A stretch of 64,000 bases of DNA, taken from a virus. The notes under the pieces are model-generated. The model did not search any database and had not been told where the DNA came from. It saw only the letters and a list, made by a program, of their open reading frames with translations. Shown in pieces: positions 44,430-54,992 of the stretch (its first letter is position 1; each line of letters starts with the position of its first letter). The stretch spans positions 1-64,000 of the IMG/VR virus record IMGVR_UViG_3300037189_010507. One strand, given 5' to 3'. Both the position numbers and the translations under genes were made by a program.

Positions 44430-45344
44430 TCATCCTAATATTTTAGCACTAATTTCCTCAATTTGCTTATCAGTAAGCTCAATCTTACCCATACCATTCC
44501 ACTTCTGATCTCCGTAGAAAAACCAAGCACCCCTGCGCTCAATAATATTCATCTCAATTGCAATATCAAGCATTTCACGATATTTATCAATCATACCCTC
44601 TTGAGGGAGAACATAATACTGTCCATGTGTCCCAATGCTTGGGATCTGTTTTGTCTTTTCAATTGTCCATGTTACTTTTTGAGATGTAATCATATTAACT
44701 TCATCTCTTTCCATTTCCTTTGACGACATGGATAGAAATAACTTAACAATATTATGCATATTATGATGAACCGTATTACCCATCTTTGCTTTTGTTATTG
44801 CATACATTCCTGACAAGTCAATCGTCTGGTGAGCAACAAAGATCATCATATTCCTCTCTTTATGGAGATAGTTTACGAGCTTCTGAAGAAGAAAGCCTTG
44901 TGAGCGAGATTGAAGACCCATTGCCTTACCGCCTTCAGGCTTGTCATAAAACTCTTCTTTAATAATATTTGAAAGAGAGTCAAACAAGAAAATATGCTTC
45001 TCTTCTTCGTGAGTAAGATATGGATGGATATTCTTCAGAATGTCTTCAACAACTGTTGATTGAATAACTACAATGTCATCAATATCAATACCACACTTAG
45101 CAGCATACTCTTCGTTAAATGAATACTCTGAGTCAACAATTACTGGTCTAAAACCTCTACTCTGTGCTTCAGCTAAAATTCTAAAACACATTGTTGACTT
45201 ACCTACTGATGGAGTACCCCAGAACAAATGTGTTGCGCCTGTATTTAGACCTCCACCTAATGCGCGATTAAGTCCAACACTAGGGGTTGGAATAACCTCA
45301 TGCACTGGCATTTGGTCGCCTTTTCTTTTATCTACAATTAACAT
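44430..45344 (-). CDS. recA: RecA/UvsX-like recombinase
   Basis: LNRALGGG, GTPSVGKST, VDSE, LFDSL, IERRGAWF. Confidence 0.9.
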   Translation of the reverse strand: MLIVDKRKGDQMPVHEVIPTPSVGLNRALGGGLNTGATHLFWGTPSVGKSTMCFRILAEAQSRGFRPVIVDSEYSFNEEYAAKCGIDIDDIVVIQSTVVEDILKNIHPYLTHEEEKHIFLFDSLSNIIKEEFYDKPEGGKAMGLQSRSQGFLLQKLVNYLHKERNMMIFVAHQTIDLSGMYAITKAKMGNTVHHNMHNIVKLFLSMSSKEMERDEVNMITSQKVTWTIEKTKQIPSIGTHGQYYVLPQEGMIDKYREMLDIAIEMNIIERRGAWFFYGDQKWNGMGKIELTDKQIEEISAKILG

Positions 45345-45391
45345 TTACTCTTCTTTCTACTATAGATTTATGCAATAATAACACATGGGAG

Positions 45392-46426
45392 TTACAGAGT
45401 TCCCATCCAGTTATAAACTTTTTCCGCATCGTATGCGAAATCAACATTATTCTTAAATGTTTCATAAGCTTTAACAGACATTGATTCTAAAATCTCAGAA
45501 TCTGTCAATACTTTTCTTATCTTGTTAACAGCATCTTCAACAGAAAGACCGTCAAGGTTTATACTACTTTCTGCGTTAAACAACTCCTGAGCAAGTTGAT
45601 TGTCGTATCCAGATCTTCTTATAATAGTTGGTCTACCACATGCATATGCATTATAAATAATATGACCATAACCATCTCCATGATCTTTAACATGAAAAAT
45701 TAAATCATCATTATTCATAGAATCAGCTAGAACTTCTGCACCGGCAATACTTCCATCACGACATTGACCGCCATAACTTTTGAATGAAAACTCTTGCAAT
45801 GAATTTTCAAGATCTGTAAAATCTCTCCAGCCAATAGTTAGTTCTTGTAATATATTTATATAACTACTTATAGTATTAGATTGAGTATGAGTCTTTGGCT
45901 TGAACAAATTAGTATCAAACTCTTGATGATAGTAAACAACATTAGCATCTTGAATATTACCTGGCTTAACAGAGCCTAAAACATTAAGACCTCTAAAAAT
46001 ATTTGGATTCCAGTTATTTCCAATTTGAATAATCAACTTAGCTTGAGGTTGAAACTCCTGTATTAATTTTTGAAATAGAGGAATATGCTCAGGTATTGAT
46101 GCAATTATGTAATCAAATTTACGACTTTTAAATGATTCCAATGTTATAGCATTATGTATTGTTATATTTCCTGGATCATAGACGCTGTAAATGCCATCTG
46201 ATTGCTCTTTCACAACATTAAGTGGAGGTGTATTGTCAGGCATAATCTGACATTCGAAATCCAAAAATTGTTTAGCAGTACTCAACTGATCATTAATAGC
46301 CCAATAACCTTCATAAAACCACTCTAGCCCGATTGGTCTATAAACTTGCATTCCCAATCGCCCTTCGAAAAGAAGAACCAGAGAGCGAAGAAGTGAGTTA
46401 TGATGAAAATCAGTTAGAACATTCAT
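45392..46426 (-). CDS. Glycosyltransferase-like (GT-B) protein
   Basis: DGYGHIIYNAYACGRP resembles the GT4 E-x7-E region. Confidence 0.6.
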   Translation of the reverse strand: MNVLTDFHHNSLLRSLVLLFEGRLGMQVYRPIGLEWFYEGYWAINDQLSTAKQFLDFECQIMPDNTPPLNVVKEQSDGIYSVYDPGNITIHNAITLESFKSRKFDYIIASIPEHIPLFQKLIQEFQPQAKLIIQIGNNWNPNIFRGLNVLGSVKPGNIQDANVVYYHQEFDTNLFKPKTHTQSNTISSYINILQELTIGWRDFTDLENSLQEFSFKSYGGQCRDGSIAGAEVLADSMNNDDLIFHVKDHGDGYGHIIYNAYACGRPTIIRRSGYDNQLAQELFNAESSINLDGLSVEDAVNKIRKVLTDSEILESMSVKAYETFKNNVDFAYDAEKVYNWMGTL

Positions 46427-47175
46427 TACTTTTCAAAATAAGCTAGACCGATAGTTGCATAATTTTGAACATCTTTAAACTGTTCATCAGTTGTGTCGTT
46501 AAAGTCTTTGCCAATTAACTCATGAAATTCTTCATACATTGATTTCGTTGTTGGCAAAGCATGCAGTTCAGCAACAATCTTATCAATCTTTGCAAGAGAC
46601 TCTTCTGAAGCACCTGCAAAAGCGCTCCATTCAGCACCTTCACAGTCAATTTTTAGAATAGTTACGGCTTTTACATTCTTCAATATGTCATCAATACTGA
46701 TTGTATCAACCTTAATTTCACGACCATTTGTCCAAAGATTTTCTTGCCAGTCTGAAGAATCAATTGTATTGCCAATGAAACGATGATGAGAACCACTCTC
46801 TGTTTTTTCATCCCCGTAACGAAGCACAACTTGTTTTCCGGATATCTCATTAATAGCTTTGCTATGAAGAGTAAAGTTTTTTTCCCATCCATTAGCCTTA
46901 ACATTTTTCATAATAAGTTCTGCGTTTTCAGGCAATGGCTCAACAGCAATCACTTTAAAACCACGACTAAGGAGAGCGAGTGAACAACCACCAGCATGAC
47001 CTCCAATATCAACAGCGATAATATCCTTATCCGCAGGAACTTCTAAACTTCCTACTTTATACTCGTCTTCCGTAATACAGGAATATAAAGTATTCCAATC
47101 ATTAGTACCCTCTCTTGTGAATACCGTTAATTCTACACCCCAAGGTGTAGTAAATTTATTTTCTTCATATTGCAT
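46426..47175 (-). CDS. FkbM-family SAM-dependent methyltransferase
   Basis: VDIGGHAG, AVEPLPEN, LKIDCEGAE. Confidence 0.9.
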   Translation of the reverse strand: MQYEENKFTTPWGVELTVFTREGTNDWNTLYSCITEDEYKVGSLEVPADKDIIAVDIGGHAGGCSLALLSRGFKVIAVEPLPENAELIMKNVKANGWEKNFTLHSKAINEISGKQVVLRYGDEKTESGSHHRFIGNTIDSSDWQENLWTNGREIKVDTISIDDILKNVKAVTILKIDCEGAEWSAFAGASEESLAKIDKIVAELHALPTTKSMYEEFHELIGKDFNDTTDEQFKDVQNYATIGLAYFEK

Positions 47176-48163
47176 TTAAGAATTCCTCCCATTGTTTAAT
47201 TATTTTCTTTTTACCAAATACATCAATAGCGTAAGCTCTTTGCCTATCGCTAATTTCTTTGGCATATGCATCGTTGTCAAGCAACTCTTGTGTTTGTGAG
47301 ATCATTTCTTCAACGCTTCCACAAACAATTCCACCAAGACTCCTAAGAATCTCCTCAACCTCATAGAAGTCAAAGTTATAAATTATATTAGCCATTTGAT
47401 TATTAATAGCAACAATTGGCAATCCCATCATTAAAGCTTCAATAAATGAAAGAGTGTATGAAGCAGGAGCAGTTCCACCATATGGCATAACCCTTGCCTC
47501 TTGCATTCTCTTTATTTGTGCTTCATACGGAATTGCACCACCATTGTAATGACCTAAATCTTCATTACCAGGGCCATACACAGTTCCATCAAATTTTTCT
47601 ATTACAGCCATTACTTCATCGTAATGACAATGACTTCTTCGCCCCTTTAAAGACTGAGCGAAATTAACAACATTGCGACCATCTCCAGTCCAGCCAGATA
47701 ATTCATCTTCGTCTTTATAGAAACGAATAAGAACATCTTCTCCGATATAGTTAGATAATCTTCTTTCATTTGGAGAATATCTAATAATCTTTAATCCCTC
47801 ATCACGCATTGGCTTTAAAGTTGCCTCAACGCCTTCGGTTGACTGACCGATTGTTCTCCAGATAACTTTCTTATGCTTAATCCTATCCCAGTTATGAACA
47901 ATAACATCAGGAGAATGCATAACTATAAGAACATCAAATGGTTCAATCAATTCATTAGGCAAGTTAGTTTTAGGAAAATTAGTCGCAAAAGGAACATATT
48001 CTTCATAATACTTAGCACCCTTAATTCCGGGTCTTGGGTGTGTTATATGCCCCGCAGGATCAATATACGCACCATTAGAGAATACTTCATGCCCTAAGTC
48101 TGTCAGTAGCTGTACTTCATCATATTCCAGAATAGAATGGCAGCTTAAATAATGTATTTTCAT
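47165..48163 (-). CDS. Glycosyltransferase (GT-B)
   Basis: LSFIEALMMGLPIV. Confidence 0.7.
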   Translation of the reverse strand: MKIHYLSCHSILEYDEVQLLTDLGHEVFSNGAYIDPAGHITHPRPGIKGAKYYEEYVPFATNFPKTNLPNELIEPFDVLIVMHSPDVIVHNWDRIKHKKVIWRTIGQSTEGVEATLKPMRDEGLKIIRYSPNERRLSNYIGEDVLIRFYKDEDELSGWTGDGRNVVNFAQSLKGRRSHCHYDEVMAVIEKFDGTVYGPGNEDLGHYNGGAIPYEAQIKRMQEARVMPYGGTAPASYTLSFIEALMMGLPIVAINNQMANIIYNFDFYEVEEILRSLGGIVCGSVEEMISQTQELLDNDAYAKEISDRQRAYAIDVFGKKKIIKQWEEFLNAI

Positions 48164-49248
48164 CAGCCCTTAACCTCTTGTAAAATCTCTTCTGCTCTTT
48201 TAATGTATGGCTGGGATACTTTCTCCCAAGTCATATTCTCATTAATATAAATAGCGCTCTCATATGTTCTCCGAGCAACTTCTTCGTAGTGCTCAGCAAC
48301 ATATAGCATCTTATCACACAAGTCGTCAAAGATTGGCTCTGCCCATTCACCGCAGTTCTCATACCTTCCAAACATTCTCCATGTCCCCCATCTAAAATCA
48401 AGAGGAACAGACATATGAGCAAACTCTGTACAGGCTAATACATTTGTGCAAATTGTTGGAATACCTTTTGCAATTGCTTGGAATGGAAGGTTACCCCATC
48501 CTTCTCCGCTAGTCGGATACAAGACGCAATCAGCCATGTCGAATATTCTGCCGAGTTCTTCATGAGATACCTCTTCGTCAATAACTTCAATCTGAGGATG
48601 CCTAAGACCATTGACTTCTCCATTGCGATAGATTCTGCCATCAGGATCTCCATTAGATTTATAAATTAAACGGTAGTCATCATTTCCCTCAAACATTCTT
48701 AAAAATGCATCAACCGCCATCTGAGAATTCTTACGACTAGATGGCGAGCCAATAGACAAAAATGTAAATGTAGAATGAGGTGTCCTTAACTTAGGGAAAT
48801 AGATATTAGGGTCAACACCTAACTTAAATTCGTACACAGGCCGCTGAATTCCTGAAGCAATGAAAACCTTTTGCATGTACGAACTGCATGTCCAAATCTC
48901 ATCCATTTGATTACATAGTTTTACCCAATGATCGGGGAGTCTATTTGTTTCCCAGAATGTAAACCCAACCGAATAAATCCGTGACTTTACAAACCCCTCC
49001 GGTACGGAATGATTAATGATGACCTCTCCAGAGCAATCATCCTTTTCCATATATCCAAATCCGATTCCGAGTCCTTGCATTTCAGCAAGTTCGGGTGGCA
49101 CTTGAATCTTCCCAATCTCATCCCAATTTGTGGGCTTACTCCTGCGGATTGGCAATCCGCTTGTGCCGATGAAATCCCATAGACGGTCAGGGGTATAGCC
49201 ATAGCCTTCACTAAATTTCGGTATTTGGTTATCCGACCATACTAGCAT
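48163..49248 (-). CDS. Glycosyltransferase family 4-like
   Basis: FWET, GVDP..Y.P, RKN, YPTSGEGWGNLPFQAIAKGIP. Confidence 0.85.
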   Translation of the reverse strand: MLVWSDNQIPKFSEGYGYTPDRLWDFIGTSGLPIRRSKPTNWDEIGKIQVPPELAEMQGLGIGFGYMEKDDCSGEVIINHSVPEGFVKSRIYSVGFTFWETNRLPDHWVKLCNQMDEIWTCSSYMQKVFIASGIQRPVYEFKLGVDPNIYFPKLRTPHSTFTFLSIGSPSSRKNSQMAVDAFLRMFEGNDDYRLIYKSNGDPDGRIYRNGEVNGLRHPQIEVIDEEVSHEELGRIFDMADCVLYPTSGEGWGNLPFQAIAKGIPTICTNVLACTEFAHMSVPLDFRWGTWRMFGRYENCGEWAEPIFDDLCDKMLYVAEHYEEVARRTYESAIYINENMTWEKVSQPYIKRAEEILQEVKG

Positions 49249-52200
49249 TCTTTAATCCTTTCATATCTATGTACTGTTCAATTGGAATCATTGATCTCTC
49301 ATTCTCAATCTTGTATGAGTCCAATCTTGTTAGAGTTTTCTTATCTTCAATTTTAGCAAGTTTTGCAGCATACCATGTGTTCTTTTTGATAATACTTTTC
49401 AACTTTCCGAACACCGAAGGGAATAGAACGATCTTAAAGATTTGTTCTCCATCCCAGCAATACAAGTTAGCCATATCCTTACCAGTCTGTGTGGTAAAGA
49501 ATCGTGTGTGGAAGATGTACAACAATGTTTTTTCGTTATTAACGCTCCCCAACCCCGATGGATACAGCCACCCAAAGTCATGCTCCAAGCCTTTGGCTCT
49601 CAATTTGATGAAGTCATGCAATGGTGTATCAATATAGTTAAAAGCGTCACTAAAGGCATGAAGCGTTCGGTCACCGATAAGGGCATAGAGATAGTCTCTG
49701 ACGGCCACCTCGGTATCACGCTCTGCAAACACCGTAGCGGAGCCTGAGGCATCTTCAAATTCAATTCGGAGGTATTGGGGGGTTTTCTTAGTAGAACGCA
49801 CCACAGCCTTAACCAGCGTCAATGGAGAGTTGATTTCGTGGAAGTTTGCTATGTCCTCTACGAATTCATCCATTTCGTTTCTATCCGAAGCCAATGTGAT
49901 GGGGAATCCTAGGATTGGTAGGTAGTATCTTTCGTGCTCATATTGGGATTCAAACCCGATTGATTTGAAAGCACCTACCTTTTCCAAGTTTTCTTTGACA
50001 TTGGATCTTACGGCTCTCTTAGAGCATTTGTTTACGAATTCATCGTAAGAGTTAAATGGTCTCTTTGAAGTAATCTCTTCAATTGCTGTCTTTCCACAAG
50101 CCTGAACATTGCTCAACCCGAAACGGATGCCCTCTACTCCATCTTCACTACCGATAGTGAAGAACTCGTCTGATTCATTAATATCAGGAGGGAGAACCTT
50201 AACCCCAAGTCTTTGTGCTTCCATAAGGTATGCAGTAATCTTATCTGTTGAGTCCTCGTTGCAAAGCAATGCCCAAGTGAACTCAAGAGGATAATAAACT
50301 TTTAACCACATTGTCTGGTATGATAGCATTGAATATGCAACAGCATGAGACTTGTTAAACATGTATAAGGCTGCTAACTCAAAGTCAGCCCAAATCTTTT
50401 CTGCTTTCTCTCTCGTAATGTATTTGTTATTGACGAACTTTTCTCTATACTCATCAAATCCAGCAGCATCACGCTTCTTACCAATGATCTTACGAAGTTT
50501 GTCTGCTTCTGACCAAGTAAAGTCAGCAAGCAATACAGCCATTTGCATTAACTGTTCTTGGAAGATAACTGTTCCATATGTTTCACGGAGAATATCCTCT
50601 ACTAATGGATGAGGATATCTAGGCTTCTTTTCACCCTTCTTGCATTCAATATAAGTTTTACCCTGAGAAAGTAGCGCACCCGGTCTTACAAGAGCGTTGC
50701 TAACAACCAAGTCATTAAAGTCATCAATGCCCATTCGTTCAATGAGATTCCTATAAGCAGCGGCATCAGCTTGGAACACACCAACTGTGTTACCGTTTGC
50801 AATGTTTTGATATACAGACTTGTCATCAAGCCTGAGTGATTCTTCTGTAACATCTACACCTGTTCTTTCTTTAATCTTGGAAATGCAATCTTTAATAACC
50901 GATACTGTTTTTAGACCCAATACGTCAATCTTAATTAGACCAACTGCTTCAGCGTCTTCCATATCAAAAGCAGTTACAACAGATCTAACTCCTGAGTTAA
51001 CATCTTTTCTTGTCTCTACAGGACAGATATCAGTCAATGGAATTGAAGAAACAACCATACCAGCAGCATGAATGCCTGCGTTACGAATTCGGCCTTCTAA
51101 TTGTTTGGATAGTTTTGCAACATCAGGATACTTCTTACAGAAAATTTTACCTTTATCTGATGTTTCAAGTTCTTCTAATGTCTCAAAGTATGGAGTGATT
51201 GCATTAATCTCTTGGAATGGAACTTGATAAACTCTAGATACATCCTTGACAGCAGACTTTGGCTTGTATGTTCCATAAGTTGTGATAGCAGCAACATTGT
51301 CATGCCCCCATCTTTCACGAAGATAGTTTCTAACTTCATGTCTGCGCTTATCTTCAAAGTCTAAGTCAATGTCAGGATAGTCGTTACGGTCTGGGTTAAT
51401 AAAACGCGCAAATAACAAACTATACTTGATTGGATCAACTTTAGAAATGTCCAACAAGAAAGCCAAGATACTTCCACCGACAGAGCCTCGACCTGTACCA
51501 CGACCAATGTTGTTCTGATCTGCCCATTTAACCAAGTCCCATACAATCAGGAAGTAGTCAGCAAAACCTAATTGCTTAATAATTGCCAATTCTTCATCAA
51601 GACGAGTCTTGTATTCTTCACCGTATCCTCTTGATTGCAATTCAAATTCAGTAATCTCACGAAGATAGTCATCGGAATTAAATAACTTTGAATATTTAGG
51701 TAAAAGATTTGCTCTCTTTTGCAGTCTAGCAGTACACTTGTCTGCTACCTCAATAGTATTTTCTAAGAATGATGCATTTGAATAACCCGCATCTTGAAAC
51801 CAGCTAAATACAGTTTCAGCGTCTGCAACATATGGGTTAATCTCATCAAAGCGTAAGAAACGATTTGGGTACATCTTATTAATCTTGTCAACAACTGACG
51901 CACTTGGATCATTAATAATTGAACTATTTTCTTTAGCCAATCTTTCCTCTGCTGCTCCCATACTTGGATACTGTGATACCATGAGAAGAACTTCCTCACA
52001 ACCTCTATCGTCATGAGTTGGGAAATGACAGTCAGCAGTGCCAACTACTTTCTTATTAAAATGCTCTGCTAAGTTAATTAGACCGTCATTAATATTCTTT
52101 GGGTTCCAAGCCTGTACTTCAAAGTAAAAGTCATCCTTAAAGATTTTAATAAATCTTTCAGACAACTGCTCTGCCCTTGCATAGTTCTTATTTTCAATAG

Positions 52201-52633
52201 CCTTAGAGATTGCACTACCCATACATCCCGATAGTGCAATAATGTCATCATCAACTAATGATTCAAGAAGTTCAAAATCCATTCTTGGTTTGTAATAAAA
52301 GTTATTAGTCCAACCGACTCTTGATGCTTTAAATAACTTCTGTAAACCTTCGTTGTTCTTAGCCAAAAGAATTAAGTGATATCTTTCGTGCTTTCCATCA
52401 CCATCACTTCCGACTGATGGGACAAAGTATGCTTCAATGCCAAATATTGGCTTTACATTTTGCTTATCACAAGCTTCTTGAAATTTTAAAACACCACCCA
52501 TTGTTCCATGATCGGTAATAGCAGCAGCATACTGCCCATTCCTACTTGATGTTCTTGCAATTTCTTCTGGTGTTGACATACCATCCAATAGTGAATACTC
52601 TGAATGGCAGTGTAGGTGAACAAAATCAGTCAT
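49229..52633 (-). CDS. dnaE: DNA polymerase III alpha subunit
   Basis: PHP HLHCHSEYSLLDG; GRGS; PDIDLDF; HAAG; KIDVLGL; FNKSHAVAY. Confidence 0.97.
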   Translation of the reverse strand: MTDFVHLHCHSEYSLLDGMSTPEEIARTSSRNGQYAAAITDHGTMGGVLKFQEACDKQNVKPIFGIEAYFVPSVGSDGDGKHERYHLILLAKNNEGLQKLFKASRVGWTNNFYYKPRMDFELLESLVDDDIIALSGCMGSAISKAIENKNYARAEQLSERFIKIFKDDFYFEVQAWNPKNINDGLINLAEHFNKKVVGTADCHFPTHDDRGCEEVLLMVSQYPSMGAAEERLAKENSSIINDPSASVVDKINKMYPNRFLRFDEINPYVADAETVFSWFQDAGYSNASFLENTIEVADKCTARLQKRANLLPKYSKLFNSDDYLREITEFELQSRGYGEEYKTRLDEELAIIKQLGFADYFLIVWDLVKWADQNNIGRGTGRGSVGGSILAFLLDISKVDPIKYSLLFARFINPDRNDYPDIDLDFEDKRRHEVRNYLRERWGHDNVAAITTYGTYKPKSAVKDVSRVYQVPFQEINAITPYFETLEELETSDKGKIFCKKYPDVAKLSKQLEGRIRNAGIHAAGMVVSSIPLTDICPVETRKDVNSGVRSVVTAFDMEDAEAVGLIKIDVLGLKTVSVIKDCISKIKERTGVDVTEESLRLDDKSVYQNIANGNTVGVFQADAAAYRNLIERMGIDDFNDLVVSNALVRPGALLSQGKTYIECKKGEKKPRYPHPLVEDILRETYGTVIFQEQLMQMAVLLADFTWSEADKLRKIIGKKRDAAGFDEYREKFVNNKYITREKAEKIWADFELAALYMFNKSHAVAYSMLSYQTMWLKVYYPLEFTWALLCNEDSTDKITAYLMEAQRLGVKVLPPDINESDEFFTIGSEDGVEGIRFGLSNVQACGKTAIEEITSKRPFNSYDEFVNKCSKRAVRSNVKENLEKVGAFKSIGFESQYEHERYYLPILGFPITLASDRNEMDEFVEDIANFHEINSPLTLVKAVVRSTKKTPQYLRIEFEDASGSATVFAERDTEVAVRDYLYALIGDRTLHAFSDAFNYIDTPLHDFIKLRAKGLEHDFGWLYPSGLGSVNNEKTLLYIFHTRFFTTQTGKDMANLYCWDGEQIFKIVLFPSVFGKLKSIIKKNTWYAAKLAKIEDKKTLTRLDSYKIENERSMIPIEQYIDMKGLKNASMVG

Positions 52634-53150
52634 TGATTTCCAATTCTAATAGACCGCCGATTGTCGGCAGTTCGTTCCAATATTTGCGATTGTACCATGC
52701 TTTTCTAAGGAAAGCATTATGACCTTCCTCAAGAAGTGTGATTACTTCATTTGGGTTATCTTCTACAATGAATTCAGGATTTAATTCTTTAATTACATTG
52801 TGCTTTTCACCCATCTTACAGAAGATAGGCTTCATAGTGTTTATCTTCCACTCATCAAGCCATTGCTCTGTTACTTCAATAGATGCAGGAGTCCGTCTAG
52901 CAGTAACAATATATACATCATTTCCGTTAGAAAACCACTTATTAACTTGATGCCATGCATCTTCAAAAGGTTTTAAATTTTTCCAAAATAAAGATGAACT
53001 CATTATTTCATCTGATAATTCGCATTCATGATGCGTAGTTAGCCATTCTGTATAATCATAATCAAAATGGCCTCTTTCTTCAAGTTCTATATTTAACGCT
53101 TCGCCAATGTCTGCGATTACGCCATCTAGGTCTAAGGCTATCTTTTTCAT
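52626..53150 (-). CDS. HAD-family 5'(3')-deoxyribonucleotidase-like
   Basis: DLDGV, IVTAR, VEDN, WYN. Confidence 0.85.
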   Translation of the reverse strand: MKKIALDLDGVIADIGEALNIELEERGHFDYDYTEWLTTHHECELSDEIMSSSLFWKNLKPFEDAWHQVNKWFSNGNDVYIVTARRTPASIEVTEQWLDEWKINTMKPIFCKMGEKHNVIKELNPEFIVEDNPNEVITLLEEGHNAFLRKAWYNRKYWNELPTIGGLLELEIND

Positions 53151-53162
53151 AAAATGAGGATT

Positions 53163-53188
53163 GGGGAGTGGTTTTTACACCACTCCCC
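53163..53188 (-). terminator. Terminator-like hairpin
   Basis: GGGGAGTGGT...ACCACTCCCC. Confidence 0.55.
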
Positions 53189-53209
53189 TTTCGCATCATA
53201 CCTTTCTAA

Positions 53210-53857
53210 TTACCACTCTTCTTTGGTGATTTCGCCAGTCGTATAGAAACGCTCTTGCTTATCGTATGGCAATGTCAAATAAGTGTTTTCAAGTTCATGC
53301 ATAGGCAGTTGCTTAATTTCACTTGTCATTTCTGAGACACTCAATGGAATAAGGCTGTAGTTAGTGTCAGATGCTCCTGAGCCTTGACGAGAATACTTGT
53401 AGTCACGATCAGTGATTGTTCCAAATTCCTTTGCGTACTCAATCAAGATTGCACCAATATGACGCTGATTGAAAGTAGTGTCAATGATTCGTGGTTCCCA
53501 AACTCCCGGCTCAACCTCAACTGCAACATTAATAATCAAGTGAGTCTTTGGTCTCCAAGCCTTATCCTTATGAACTTGCTCTGAGGCCCAGCATCTAAAA
53601 CCAAACTTTTCAATCTGGGCAGTAGAAGCTGCTCTCCATTTCCAGTTAATTGGAGAAGTAATAACAGGAACCATGATCCCTGTTCCAAACTTCTCATCGT
53701 AGCCTTTTCCATCCTCAGTTAGTTCCTGACGGAAACGAACTTTAACGGACTCTCCAGCGCCAATTGTTAGATACTTCTTAGTGCCAGTCTTTTGTGCACC
53801 TGCTACTGGTGCTACTGTCTTTTCTAATTCTGATAGTGTTTTTACTGATTTAAACAT
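53210..53857 (-). CDS. Putative single-stranded DNA-binding protein (gp32-like)
   Basis: GESVKVRF...ITDRDYKYSRQGSG..TNYSL; sits between primase and DnaE. Confidence 0.65.
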   Translation of the reverse strand: MFKSVKTLSELEKTVAPVAGAQKTGTKKYLTIGAGESVKVRFRQELTEDGKGYDEKFGTGIMVPVITSPINWKWRAASTAQIEKFGFRCWASEQVHKDKAWRPKTHLIINVAVEVEPGVWEPRIIDTTFNQRHIGAILIEYAKEFGTITDRDYKYSRQGSGASDTNYSLIPLSVSEMTSEIKQLPMHELENTYLTLPYDKQERFYTTGEITKEEW

Positions 53858-53872
53858 TTGTTTATACCTTCC

Positions 53873-54817
53873 TTATATGTGTATTTGTTTGTTTGTTAAT
53901 GTAAGTTTAATTTCTGTTTCTGTCATATCACCTGCATCCTTGCGGTCTTCAGGTAATGTGACTGTGTAGAGTTCCTTGCCACTACACGCATCTAGTATAT
54001 CATGCTTCATCTGCTCTCCAGCCTCATCATTATCCGAGAAGATAATTATTTTATCAAAATATCTTCTAAGTAATTTGTATTGATACTCTGAAACTTTTGA
54101 GCCGAGTGTGGCAACAACATTGGGGAAACCAGATTGATGAATGAACATTGCATCAACACTACCTTCCACAACTATGCAAGAATCATACTGTTTTGCATTT
54201 TGGATATTAAACAATACATCGGCTCTTTTAAAGCCTTTGTTGTATAAGTATCTTGGCTCTTGCTCTGTACTGATAGCACGACCAATAAAACCAACTAACT
54301 TATATTGTGCATCCCTTACAGGAATTACAATTCTTTCTTTCTTGGTTGAATAACCAATTTCAAAATATTCAAGTGTTTCAACTAACAGTCCTCTTTCAAT
54401 GAAAGTAAATAGATTATTAATTTCATCTTCATTAGAGTAATCAATCTCAACATCAGAAATATTTAATTGCTCTTTTTCTCCCTCTTCATAATTTAAATCT
54501 CTATCAATAGCATTTTTAAGGGCTAAATGATCTAGCTTTATATCTTTTGTAAAAGGCTTACCAGTAATCTGTTTGTACAGTTGTCTGAAATTACCCTTTT
54601 TACCGCAAGACGGATTAAAGCATTGCCAAAGACCAGTTTTTACATTTATATAAAAAGCAGGACTATGTAGATTTTTATGAAATGGGCAAAAGATTGTTAC
54701 TTCATTCATACCCTCATTATGGATATGAATATTATAATTATCAAATAACTCTCTTATGTTTCTTTCAATATTACTTGAAGAAATGTAACTGGAATTTGAA
54801 GATATTTGATTTCGCAT
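53873..54817 (-). CDS. dnaG: DNA primase (CHC2 zinc finger + TOPRIM)
   Basis: CPFH...CFNPSC; VVEGSVD; DNDEAG; KDAGD. Confidence 0.92.
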   Translation of the reverse strand: MRNQISSNSSYISSSNIERNIRELFDNYNIHIHNEGMNEVTIFCPFHKNLHSPAFYINVKTGLWQCFNPSCGKKGNFRQLYKQITGKPFTKDIKLDHLALKNAIDRDLNYEEGEKEQLNISDVEIDYSNEDEINNLFTFIERGLLVETLEYFEIGYSTKKERIVIPVRDAQYKLVGFIGRAISTEQEPRYLYNKGFKRADVLFNIQNAKQYDSCIVVEGSVDAMFIHQSGFPNVVATLGSKVSEYQYKLLRRYFDKIIIFSDNDEAGEQMKHDILDACSGKELYTVTLPEDRKDAGDMTETEIKLTLTNKQIHI

Positions 54818-54992
54818 CGTAGTCTGTTGTTAGCTTAGTCTTCTTAAAATCACCGTATTCGGCCTTCCATTCATCTTCAATCCAAGGTCTCAACCTTACG
54901 ATTGTCTCAATGTCTTGAGCCTCACCAGCAATATACTTCTTTGGAATTATAGTTCCCATTCTTCTGTCCACTTTCCTGTCTCTAGGTTCCAT
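54771..54992 (-). CDS. Hypothetical protein
   Basis: ORF between helicase and primase; start probably 54959. Confidence 0.5.
   Translation of the reverse strand: MEPRDRKVDRRMGTIIPKKYIAGEAQDIETIVRLRPWIEDEWKAEYGDFKKTKLTTDYDAKSNIFKFQLHFFK

Noticed and set aside
49229-52633. Intein or intron in DnaE, TerL, DnaB or RecA
   Set aside because: Lengths and motif order look continuous; no intein splice motifs or frame breaks seen.
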